Below are positions 49,986-60,949 of a DNA stretch of 64,000 nt, in pieces; position 1 is the first letter of the stretch; each line of letters opens with the position of its first letter. Source of the DNA: Octopus bimaculoides (lineage: Eukaryota); contig NC_068984.1 of NCBI RefSeq assembly GCF_001194135.2, positions 82,495,270-82,559,269 of the forward strand, read 5' to 3'. The notes below the pieces were generated by a model. It was given only the letters and a program-made list of their open reading frames with translations, searched no databases and was not told the origin of the DNA. A program made the position numbers and the translations under genes.

Positions 49986-52195
49986 GAAAACACACACAAT
50001 GTAGGGAGGGAGCCTGTTTCCCTTCTCAGCAAGTTAGAAAAATGCTCTCACGTGGTTAAGAGTTGTTTTGACTCTTATTTCTAGCAATGTTGGTGCTTAC
50101 TAGCACCCCTGTCTCTTTAGTGACAGCTGTACTTGTATATTGGTTCTAAATTGCGAATAGCCACCTAAATAATTTATAATTCTCACTAAATCATTTTCGA
50201 AATTAGTCGATGTTTCCTATCAAGCATGACAAAATGAAACTGGTTTTTTTAATCGTCGGTGATGGAGTAATGGGTTACTAATGAAAATTGATTGACTCCA
50301 TCTACTTGTCGTAGGGGTAGGAGCCTGTCTCTCTTATCAGCTCTCGCGTGACTATAAGCTGTTTTGACTCTTATTTCTAACACTGCAGGTGGTAACTAGC
50401 ACCTTCTGTCCCTATAGTGACAATTGTGCTTATTGCCTATATATATATAAAATATATTTACCAACTAAACGTGGGGGGTATCCTATAGAGGACGGTGTTA
50501 CTGTTGTTTTTAGCCCAATGAAGACATCTTCCGCCAATGACACACAGTTTGTGTCCGATTAGTATTAGTATATATATATGTAGTGGATCTTGCGTGCATG
50601 AAGTGGATTCGATCCACCATAGCCAAATTTAAATTAACGCTGCAACAGAACTTTTCCCACGGTGGAACAATGGTTTTTCTGCTACAGCAGTTTTACATTT
50701 TCCAGATGCTTTTAGCTCGGCCGAAATAATGTCTTCACCACTTGACCCTTTCTAACCTCTTCTACTTCACCAAAAGCTAGAATTAAGATAATAAGACCAC
50801 CAACTAAATCTATTGTTCTCAATGATATGTCTATCCTTCTGGATAGTTATAAAAATAATAAACCCCAAGCAAAAAGAATCCAGTCACCAGTCGGTGACGA
50901 CTCAACGAGTCCAGTCATATGTTGACGGCTCATTGAGAACGAAGTCTGGCTAACCAGCTAGAACCTTGGTCAGAGGGAGAAATGAAATTTACTGTCAGCA
51001 ACTGTGAGACAATGTCCCACACCCTACAACTCTCGCTAGCTCTAATTCTGTTTTCTTACAACAGAAGACACGCATACACACATATATGTGCCCGCGTAAT
51101 TTCAATGCATTCTCTTTTTTTTTATTATTATTATTAAATTTAGTGTTACATTGAGTACTTTTCTTTGATACTTGTCACTTTTATGTTTTAATATTTAGTG
51201 TATAAAACCTATGCACAGCCACTAAAGAAATCTATTACATGAATTGATGAATAACCATAAAGTGAAAAGCAATATCAGTGATTGTATACCTATCACTTTT
51301 ATGTTTTAATAATTAGTGCCTTTTAGCTATCGAAATAGTGAGTTATAAAATTTTGAATTGGCAAAAGTGACGACGATACGCACTATTGAGAGGGAACCAT
51401 TTAAACAGAGAACGACTGATACGACAGTTGCAGTAGATTTTCCGATTAAAAGGATATATTAATGTCTATTCTTTGATTGATATTGCANNNNNNNNNNNNN
51501 NNNNNNNNNNNNNNNNNNNNNNNNNNNNNNNNNNNNNNNNNNNNNNNNNNNNNNNNNNNNNNNNNNNNNNNNNNNNNNNNNNNNNNNATGTAGTTTTTAT
51601 ATCATATTTCTGTTTTCATATGTTTGGTGTATGACTTCATACAGAAGTGACCTTTGGTGATGTCAAGGCCATTAGACTGACGTTTATTTTTTTCTGTTTA
51701 TGCCTGCACAAAGCTATCGGCAGCTCATCCAGAATTTAATTCCCGGTCCTCGACAAAACTCATACACTGACAAACACACATACATACGCACGCAAACACA
51801 CGCGCACGCTTACGTAATTTCAGTGCTTTCTCTCTTTTTTTAATTATTATTATTAGTTGTACCTCGGGTAATTTTACACTAAAGTGAAATCAGAATTTGA
51901 TTTGGAATTTTCTTACCTAAATTTAGGCTGCATGTTACTTCGACTACGCACTCAGAATTTTCCATGGTGCAAATTTCTGCATTTCTACATGAATGTTAGT
52001 CATCATCAAAAGATTAGAAACAAATGAAAATCGTCATAGATTTGAAATATTCGTAGGACAAATATCACTCAATATAAAAATAATTCATTTTTATAAATGT
52101 TTTTGAAATACTTTTAATTCCTTCATAATATACAACTCAAAAACCCGCAATCCACGCAAATTCTTATGTTTGTTCCCGCGGAGAATTACTTATGC

Positions 52196-54242
52196 CAGGG
52201 GTGCCCAGTACGTTGATCGCGATCTTCCGATCGATCGCAAAGGCAGTGTGGGTAGATTGCATGGCATTAAGAAAACAGACGTCAGACTATCATCCATCGC
52301 TATGAAATGTGTCACTTGATTGGCACACAGGGCAGCCAGTCTGACATCTGACCTTCTCTGACACATGCGTCACCTCGCATATGCATACAACGGTGCTAAG
52401 TGCTGCAAAACTCTCGCAAGATAGTTAGTGGGGGAGCTAGACCAAGTAAGAAACCAAAAATTTATCATTTCCATACGGAATGGGAGGAGGACTTTTTTTT
52501 TCACAATGTCATATTCGAAGTGCGTTTGCCTCATCTGCCAGTCTACCATTGTTATTCCGAAGAAGGGAAATGTGGAGCGGCATTTTCGGACCTTTCATAA
52601 AACTATGACACTGACTCCCCTCCGAAAAGTAAGCTGAGAAAGAGAAAGGTGAAGCAACTAAAATCCCAGCTGTCCGGACAGTAGTTATTTTTCACACAGC
52701 TAACTTCAAAAGCAAAGGCAACCACCGAAGCATCATTCCGGGTGAGTCACTTCATCGTTAAGAACAAAAAATCCTTCCAAGATGGAGAGATGTAAAAGAG
52801 GCATTCGTTGAAGCAGCTGACTCGTTGTTCCGAGACTTTAAAAACAAACCAGAAATACTATCTTCAATCAAAGTTCTCCAGCTATCATGAAGTACGGTTA
52901 CACGGCGCAGTGAAGCTATGGCCGAGGATTTGAGCCAGCAACTTTGGAAAGACATCGCGAACTGCGAGTGTTTTCCACTGCAGTTGGACGAGTCTACAGA
53001 GTGACACGGCCCAGTTGTGCATTTTTATTCGGATGGTGTTTACCGATATAACTGCAAAAGAGGGGCTGTTAACAGTACTGCCCTTGAAAGAACACAAGCG
53101 AGGAAAGGACATATTTTAGTCTTCCAAAAACTTTATCGAGAAAATTCAGCTTCCAGTGTGCAAATTGGTGTCCATCACCACGGACGGAGAGCCCACGATG
53201 GTTGGCCGGTCAAATAGATTTATTGTCAAGTGCAGAGAGTACAATGCTTTCCCGGACTTCCTCAATTACCACTGTATAATACACCAACAAGCGTTATGCA
53301 CAAAAATGCTCAACATGAAAGAGATAATGAATGTGCCAGTGAAGATCGCCTATTCTATTCGTGCCAGATCTCTTCAAAGACAGCAATTCCGAGCGCATCT
53401 GGAGAAGGCTGACTGCGACCACTTTGAGTTGTTGCTACACACTGACGTGAGACGGCTTGGTTGAGGAAAATTCCTGCAATGATTTCGAGAGCTCTGTCCG
53501 GAGATTAAGGAGATTTTCTGTGAAGTTAAACATGAAGAATACAACCAACTCTAAATGACGATTAGTGGCTGCTAGACTTAGCATTTTTAACCGATCTCAC
53601 CATGCTGAATGACTTTAGTGTAGAGCTGCAAGGAAAAGATAAAACCGTGACCAATATGATCAGCTCAGTTAATGCTTTCAAACGAAAAATGCAACATCTC
53701 TCCTCAAAGCTGCAGCGCCATGATTTGGCAAACTTAAAGAACCTCACATCAGAACTAGAGACCCAAGAGAAGGCGTGTGTGCAACTTGAAAGTGCACGCT
53801 ACACAGAGCAGATTGACAATTATCTGTCAAAGTTTAACAAACGCTTTCAAGACTTTGCTTTACTCGAGCCAGTCGCTGCATTCATGTACTACCCTTTTCG
53901 GGAAGATGCTGAGGTTGATTCACTCGCATCAAAAATTGTAACACTGCTTCATCTGAACTCTTCTAGAGTGGAGGATGAGATTTTGATACTACAGCTGAAG
54001 TCCAGGGCCCATGAACAGTTCTGGAACTTACTCACACAGGAAAAGTACCCCAACATGAGGAAATGTGCTACCTCCTTGACTGCATTATTCGGCTTCACTT
54101 ATTTATGTGAGTCAGCCTGATGATCATTTGGAAGTGTGCCTGAGGCTAGCTACCAGCAGCTACTGTCCGGACTATGCATCCCTGGCTGATTCCATCCAGT
54201 GCAAGTCATCAGAGTAAGTGTGAAAAAATGTGTGCACCCCTG
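52196..54242 (+). mobile_element. Near-full-length hAT (Charlie/SPIN, GTF2IRD2/EPM2AIP1-like) transposon, 2047 bp, transposase disrupted
   Basis: Termini CAGGGGTGC / GCACCCCTG. Peptides: BED-like FHTEWEEDFF..CVCLIC..GNVERHF, LQLDEST, SITTDG, YHCIIHQQAL, LLHTDVR, LAFLTDL...LQGKDK and LFGFTYLCESA. Multiple frameshifts/stops. Confidence 0.93.
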
Positions 54243-55739
54243 CTGTAGAGCTATGATATATGGATTCACATTATAGCACTGGAATTAGATATCTTATATT
54301 GTATGAATAGAAGGATGTCGCACAGCGTGGACTTGGATAAGCAGGTGTACACTGCAGGGTAGGAAGTAACGGAAGCACACTTATACTGCCCTAAGGTGCT
54401 GAATACCCATGATTACAGGTCGTGCAGAGAATATAGACACAAAACAAAAATATTTTTTTAAAAAATCAAGAGACCACTTGGACACGCAAGAGGAACCGAT
54501 AGTTGTAGCAACAAACTCCCATACTCACAGTATCTGTCATTACATAAAACATCACTTCGAATACATTTCAACACCCATCCTAGAACAGAATCACCATCAC
54601 ACAAAAACAACATTATAATAAACCTCTCTATTTTGTCTCCAATCCAAAATACTGCAACAACAATAACCTAACCAACCATCAAACTGTGCTGGAACGTACA
54701 CCATCGACAGTAAACGCAAAGTAATTGCAACAGTCGCAAGGTTACTGGGTTCGGCTTGCCCACCACCTCTATGGCCACCATCAGAATCCTCAGATATACA
54801 AAAATACACAGGTCAGTGGTGAGGAAGTAACGTGCCCGAAGTGTTTGATGTCCCAATACGATTCATTACTGCTCATAGGAGTGTGCATTATATTTAATGT
54901 TGACAGAGGTATAGTATAACTTATAAAAGATGGATTTGGTCTTATGACTATCTGGGTGTCGTAAGTCTACTCGATCACAGCTGGCCTGGGGCCTCACAAC
55001 TAACAATATCAGTATAAGAGCTAAAACTATTTGGTGAAAGTAAATTTTTCTTGTTAAAATCAGTGTTTATTAATCTTTATTTTACACATCTGTTTATCAA
55101 ATATCAGGAAACCACTGAGAAAACTAGTATTTGTTGATCATGCAATGACAAAAATTCAAGTACAATAAACGGTTACTAGCTAAAAATGTCGATTATAGAG
55201 AAATGGTATGTTGAGGTTGATATGTAATAGTGAAGTGTTGTTAGGAACACGTTATCTTCACTGATGAAATGTATGCGTTTTTTCTTGACACATTGTAAAT
55301 GCAGATGAAATCGTAAAAACCTCAGTTTGGAGGAGCTCATTTTACTATTCCATAAAAGATAACTTTATAAATTTTGGTTTAAAATATATTGCCTTGAAAT
55401 TATTTTTCAGTGAAAGAGGAGAGTGTAAAATAGTTACACTAAACGATAAAAAATTTATTCTTCATAATATATTTTAAGTATTTGACATATTTTCTCTTTT
55501 AATTTCCATCCACGTTTTAGAAAAGTTATCATAAGGTTTCAATTCCGACACGAGCAGGAGATAAATACATATAAACAGAATAGGTTGAACCAAGTTTATT
55601 GTATGCTTCTTTGAACAGAATGTGCGCACGCGTGCATGCTTGATACATCTATACAGAAGAATTATTTTTGTCGAAAAATTAGGCATATAAAGAAGTGTTT
55701 ATTTGAAATAAAAACGGTTGAGGAATGATGGAATCGGAG

Positions 55740-57011
55740 TTAAAAGACTGCATTACATAACAATGGTCTTCCTTCAAGCTGGTTTAAGTCGATTGTAAAT
55801 GATTTGACTTCCTTCTGCCAAGTTTTTGCATTAAAGTAAAAGTAACACCCCCGTTCCCAGTCACTGCCGGTGGCATCGGGAATGACACCAGGAATTCTGG
55901 ACATCCATATTTTTTCCATTTTGTTATAACGCCATTCTCGTTTGAAGAGTTCAAACGAAGCCGCCATTTGCATCAAATCTCCAACATACACGTAAAATAG
56001 ATAAAACAATACATCATCGGGGTATCTTGAAAGCTTTACTGGAGGCAATTGCTCCTTTATTCTGTAATTGATTATGTATTCGGTGGGATTATATTGATCA
56101 ATGTTTTGTGGTTGAGCAGGAACCGGTGTCCAAGGATTTTTGAATTTGTCCAATTGACTTCCATTTTTCTGCGGTAACAATTTATTTAAATTCAGGCCAG
56201 TCAAATGCTCGTTACCTGGTGGCAAACTTCGTTTTAATTTTAAGTCTCGAAAGAAAGACGAGAGCCCAAAATCACAATCAGCATTAGTGTTTCGATTTTT
56301 TGTAGCACTGTACCTAGATTCCGGCATACTACCTCGCACATTTGGAGGAGGTTTCTTTCTACTCTTTACTGAAATTCCGTCGGTGATACTTGGATGTCCG
56401 TGTGGGAACTGCTGTACTGGTGTAACTCCTGATAACGCTGAATGATCACCAGCAAGTGAGGAAGTCGTGCCTTTTGGAGTCACATAATCGTCGAGGATAG
56501 TATTAGTGAAAGGAATTACGTCCTCCTGCTTCACTATCCACTGCCACGTTGATGCATGAGTGCTTGAATTCATCCAAGTTTGGGAAACATCGTCATAGGT
56601 ACAGTCTATTTCTCTTGAAGCATTGAATTGTGCACGTCTTTCTTGAATTTCGCGAGATGTAGTCGATTTGAACTCGGTTTTGTTTTGTTTGTGCGTTATA
56701 CTGGGTTGATGACTAACAGTTTCAGAGTCTGGTATTTTATTACATATTCTGCCACTTGATAGATCCCTGGCGATATTTAAATCTAGGTTTGGTTTATCGT
56801 CTAAAAGCGGTAACAATAGATTAGAAAATGCAGTGGAAGATTGTAGATTTGACTCGTTTTCATTCAGCTGAACATTGTCCTTATGTGTTGTAGTCCCATA
56901 TTTCACAACGTTTGAATACAGGCATGGATTGTTTGCAGTTCGTGGACGGTACGTATAATTTCCTTCTCCGAGAAACAAAGAAACATTTTCTCTGTTTTGA
57001 TTATAATTCAT
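55740..57011 (-). CDS. CNOT2: CCR4-NOT subunit 2 (CNOT2/Regena)-like protein, 423 aa, single coding exon
   Basis: C-terminal NOT box (KFKNPW..PAQPQNIDQYNPTEYIINYRIKEQLPPVKLSRYPDDVLFYLFY...MQMAASFELFKREWRYNKMEKIWMSR.PG...ERGCYFYFNAKTWQK) aligns by eye with CNOT2 KFASPW..RPQDIDFHVPSEYLTN..KLGRYGEDLLFYLYY..DWRYHKEERVWITR.PG..ERGTYYFFD. In-frame TAG 3 codons upstream of the ATG; AATAAA on - at 55698-55703. Confidence 0.9.
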   Translation of the reverse strand: MNYNQNRENVSLFLGEGNYTYRPRTANNPCLYSNVVKYGTTTHKDNVQLNENESNLQSSTAFSNLLLPLLDDKPNLDLNIARDLSSGRICNKIPDSETVSHQPSITHKQNKTEFKSTTSREIQERRAQFNASREIDCTYDDVSQTWMNSSTHASTWQWIVKQEDVIPFTNTILDDYVTPKGTTSSLAGDHSALSGVTPVQQFPHGHPSITDGISVKSRKKPPPNVRGSMPESRYSATKNRNTNADCDFGLSSFFRDLKLKRSLPPGNEHLTGLNLNKLLPQKNGSQLDKFKNPWTPVPAQPQNIDQYNPTEYIINYRIKEQLPPVKLSRYPDDVLFYLFYVYVGDLMQMAASFELFKREWRYNKMEKIWMSRIPGVIPDATGSDWERGCYFYFNAKTWQKEVKSFTIDLNQLEGRPLLCNAVF

Positions 57012-57030
57012 TTTTATCTAGGCAGATATT

Positions 57031-57240
57031 CTGGAAGCACAGCACAGTTACATCTGAATATGGCAATGCCTATAAAAGACTGTATAAACTAACCAAACTT
57101 TCAAATTTTTATAGTGCTCAAAGTTTTTACAACTTTTTTGTACAGATTTTTATTGGTCATAACCAAAGAGGAATATCAAACAGCCGACAATTTTGCAATC
57201 CGGTTTCGATTTCAGTTGAAACCAGTTACTTTTTCTTTAC
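57031..57240 (-). other. Candidate 5'-UTR intron of the CNOT2-like gene
   Basis: Acceptor ...ctgtgctgtgcttccAG at 57031, 19 nt before the ATG; donor CAG|GTAAAG at 57240. An alternative donor GACG|GTGAGT lies at 57963. Confidence 0.4.
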
Positions 57241-58299
57241 CTGGTAATGTCTTTAGATAAAGCAGGAACATAACATCCTATTTACGTACCTAAAATATTG
57301 GGCCTTCATACCAGTTTTTAAATGTTGTTGTTTGTTTAATCCCAGATCGAACAAACCTATGATCAAAGGCGTCCCAACCCGTTTTTTTTTTTTGTNNNNN
57401 NNNNNCCGTTTTTTTTTTTGTATATCCACAACTAGATTTCTCAATGTATTCACCACCTTTTTTACGAAAGGATTAGTTGCTATTTCTAGTAGGTCGTCCT
57501 CGGTCTTTTCGGTCGTACCCAGAACGCAACATCTTTCTCCATAGCCATTAGATAGAGGAAAAACACTCGTGCTTCCTGGTCAAAGGAAGGTAGCGGGGCA
57601 ATTCACACGATTGATCTGTTCTGTATGTGAGTACAGCTGTTTGATAAAAATTCAAAATTCTTAAATGTTCGGACAATGGACGAGTACGGGTAGAATGATT
57701 TCATAGTTCTCTGGGCGCATCTCAGATCGGCCCAGCTAATGGCACTTCCAGCAATGCCCACAGTGGATTCTCGTCGATGCCTAAAGTTTTTTTCTGTAAA
57801 TATCGCTCTTCCTTCGGTCGTATTGCTCGATTTGAAAGGGCTCTGAATGCCTGACAATATACCAGATACCAAACACCAGTTTGGGTTTTTGCTTCACTCA
57901 GGGCTACAGTTCTGTCAAAGGGACAAGCTGTGTGTGATGTGTATGTAGAGGGAACCCACTCACCGTCCAGGAATCTCTCGCAAATGTCGCAGCCTCGGCA
58001 TATCCTGAACCTCACCAACCATAGTATCTAGAGCCCGCTAAGCTGATGATTTTAGTGGTAGTCCGCTTGACCAATGGAACACCCCGCATTGACAAGAAGC
58101 AAATGGCAGACATTCCAATGTGATCAAACGAAAACTAGAACAAAGCATAACGATGGCGATGCAGCGTTCGCCACCATTACCCGATCTTTCAAGGATAGAT
58201 TCATTTCAGCCCAATTCCAGGCGTGACAGGATACTCTGTTCGTAGTCTCACTCCAATTCCTATCTGCACAGGTCACAGATTTTAAAGAAGGGTATAAGT

Positions 58300-58470
58300 C
58301 AAGTTTGGCAGTGAGCTGAAAGAATCGTTAACACGTCGGACAAAATATTCATCGGCATTTCTTCCGGCTTTTCATGTTATAAGTTCAAATCCTATCGAGG
58401 TAAACTTTGCCTTTCATCCCTTCGGAGTCGATAAATTAAAGTACCAGTTAAACGCCTGGTCGACGTAATT
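58300..58470 (+). mobile_element. tRNA-derived SINE
   Basis: ggcagtgagctgaaagaatcgtta...aagttcaaatcctatcgaggtaaactttgcctttcatcccttcggagtcgataaattaaagtaccag; CpG-retaining copy of the 14920/18981 family. Confidence 0.78.
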
Positions 58471-59405
58471 TCTTTGGTCCCTCCCCTCCCCTCAGAATAG
58501 CTTGCTTTGAACTCTGCAACTGATCGGCGTCTCGTTCAGAGGAATACTGCGATCTAGAAACCGGGTAACCGGCCTCATGAGTTCTTGGGCTAAATAAAAA
58601 TTTAAGCCTAAGTCAATTAAATCGAACTCTGTAACTTTATTGGTATTTTATTTCATGGACTCAGCAAGGAGAAAGGCGAAGTTGAGTTCGGCAGTATTTG
58701 AAGGAAAATATCTTCCTCTTTCGTGCTTTTCTCAACGTCATTAGCATTGTATGTTACACAATGTTATAATTTCTATATATGTGCAGAGACTAGCAGTATC
58801 CTTGGAAATTACACTGTTATTTTGAAAACTGAGGTGGTCGGAAGTTTATAAAAAACCACGAAATATGTATAATTTCTTTTCAAATGATATTTTGTTTCAA
58901 ACATCTGATCAGAGAGTGAAAAGATCCACGTAAGTAGTATTGAATGTTCAGTCTTAGGAACCATCTCTGAAAGTTATTGCGCCTCGTTATAGTTACCTCT
59001 TCTACTTTGAGAGTTGTTATTTATCATTTTCTAATTTACTTCAAGAAGTAAACAATCTTAATTAATAAACGAAATCAAAGACATAATCTAACTATATCAT
59101 TCAATGATTACATTGGTAAAGCTTCAATAAATCTTAATACGCTGCATTTTATCCTAATAATCATTCGAGAGAAAGGTTCATGTGCCTACACCCAAAACTA
59201 CAGTCTCGGTGAACGAAGTATGGTAGGTACCTCACCGAATTGTGACTTATAATTAATACAAGCTTATCAGTAGTACAAGCGCAGGTGTAGCTATAGCTTA
59301 AAAAGGTTTGCGTCGTAACCATGTGGTCTTAATTTAAAATATTCATTTATATTATTATTTCAACAATTACTTTACGTTTACAAAAATGCTAGACATGACT
59401 GCGCG

Positions 59406-59453
<48 letters not shown>

Positions 59454-60090
59454 NNNNNNNNNNNNNNNNNNNNNNNNNNNNNNNNNNNNNNNNNNNNNNN
59501 NNNNNNNNNNNNNNNNNNNNNNNNNNNNNNNNNNNNNNNNNNNNNNNNNNNNNNNNNNNNNNNNNNNNNNNNNNNNNNNNNNNNNNNNNNNNNNNNNNNN
59601 NNNNNNNNNNNNNNNNNNNNNNNNNNNNNNNNNNNNNNNNNNNNNNNNNNNNNNNNNNNNNNNNNNNNNNNNNNNNNNNNNNNNNNNNNNNNNNNNNNNN
59701 NNNNNNNNNNNNNNNNNNNNNNNNNNNNNNNNNNNNNNNNNNNNNNNNNNNNNNNNNNNNNNNNNNNNNNNNNNNNNNNNNNNNNNNNNNNNNNNNNNNN
59801 NNNNNNNNNNNNNNNNNNNNNNNNNNNNNNNNNNNNNNNNNNNNNNNNNNNNNNNNNNNNNNNNNNNNNNNNNNNNNNNNNNNNNNNTACTATTTCAACA
59901 ATAATAAAACCAGGTTTCATTTATGCCTTAGTAAGCAATTATAAGAAACCAAGAATAAACAATATAATAATTAAACTAAGCACGTAGATCACACAAGTTT
60001 GGCAGCCGCGAGTTTTGCAATGTAAAGAAACTAAAAACTAGTCTAAAGTAATCGCCCTTGAAGTTGTAGATCACATGCCAAAGTAGCACC

Positions 60091-60128
<38 letters not shown>

Positions 60129-60153
60129 TATATTCAACTGTACGTAAATACAT

Positions 60154-60496
60154 TGCTGCACTATCCTTTAGAGGGTGCTTCTTTTTCGGATATATGATCC
60201 ACTGACGATATATATAAATATATAATTAGATAAAGATAGTTATGGCCGGTCTATGGAGTTACTCAGAGTTTCATGTCCATATAGCGCTTAGCTTTACACC
60301 GTCTTTTCAGACCCTAGTGGTCAGTAATCCACCGGCCACTAGGGTCTGAAGAGACATTGTAAAGCTAAGCGCTTTATGGACGGGAAACCCTAGGCAACCC
60401 CATAAACCGGCCATAGCTATTTTTTACCTAATTACTCTACTGCTCTATAACTTAGAGTGTGCTTCTCTTTTGGATTTATGATTTACTAACGATATA
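60154..60496. repeat. 210-bp imperfect hairpin (60224-60433) flanked by about 45-60 bp direct repeats
   Basis: Arms aattagataaagatagttatggccgg...gcgcttagctttaca..gtcttttcagaccctagtgg / ccactagggtctgaagagac..tgtaaagctaagcgc...ccggccatagctattttttacctaatt. Direct repeats tagagggtgcttctttttcggatatatgatccactgacgatata (60169-60212) and tagagtgtgcttctcttttggatttatgatttactaacgatata (60453-60496). Confidence 0.85.
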
Positions 60497-60648
60497 CATT
60501 ATCTATCTATCTGTGTGTGTGTGTAGCCTGTTCCTTGCACATCCACACTCGTTTGATACTTGATACTTCAACGTTGTTCAACACGAACTTGTGATGAGGC
60601 AGGTTGTATTTTGTGTGCTTGTGATCACCCTAAAAATGAAGGACCAAA

Positions 60649-60948
60649 ATGAACATTATCGATGTGATACATTTTTTAAATTTCAAAAATGGTAAGAAAG
60701 CAGCGGAATCCTGCAGGAAGATATGCGCTGTATACGGAAAGAATGCTACAATGAAACTTGTGTGCCAGGAGTGGTTTTCAAGATTTCGATCGGAAAATTT
60801 TGCGGTTCAAGATGCACCTTGTTCTGACCAGCCAACTGAGATTAACAACCCCCGTTATACGACCAGGATGATTGCATATATTCTCCAAATAGCCAAATGG
60901 AGTGTTGAAAACCATCTGCATCAGCTTTGTTATGTCAGCAGACAATGA
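60649..60948 (+). mobile_element. mariner transposase N-terminal fragment (HTH)
   Basis: FKNGKKAAESCRKICAVYG...CQEWFSRFRSENFAVQDAPCSDQP...TTRMIA.IL.I....VENHLHQL, typical of the mariner/SETMAR HTH region. Confidence 0.85.
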
Positions 60949-60949
60949 A

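Noticed and set aside
50570-50800. - strand peptide KGSSGEDIISAELKASGK resembling the LINE K.PGPDGI.AE motif or an orphan exon
   Set aside because: Short, with stops nearby and no compatible splice pair.
54300-54900. C/A-rich stretch with Cys/His spacing reminiscent of a LINE ORF1 zinc knuckle (NCAGT...SACP)
   Set aside because: The motif needs several frameshifts and lacks key His residues; too weak to annotate.
57480-58020. ORFs 57603..57872 and 57722..58018 upstream of the CNOT2-like gene
   Set aside because: No recognisable homology and stops in all frames; treated only as possible promoter/UTR sequence.
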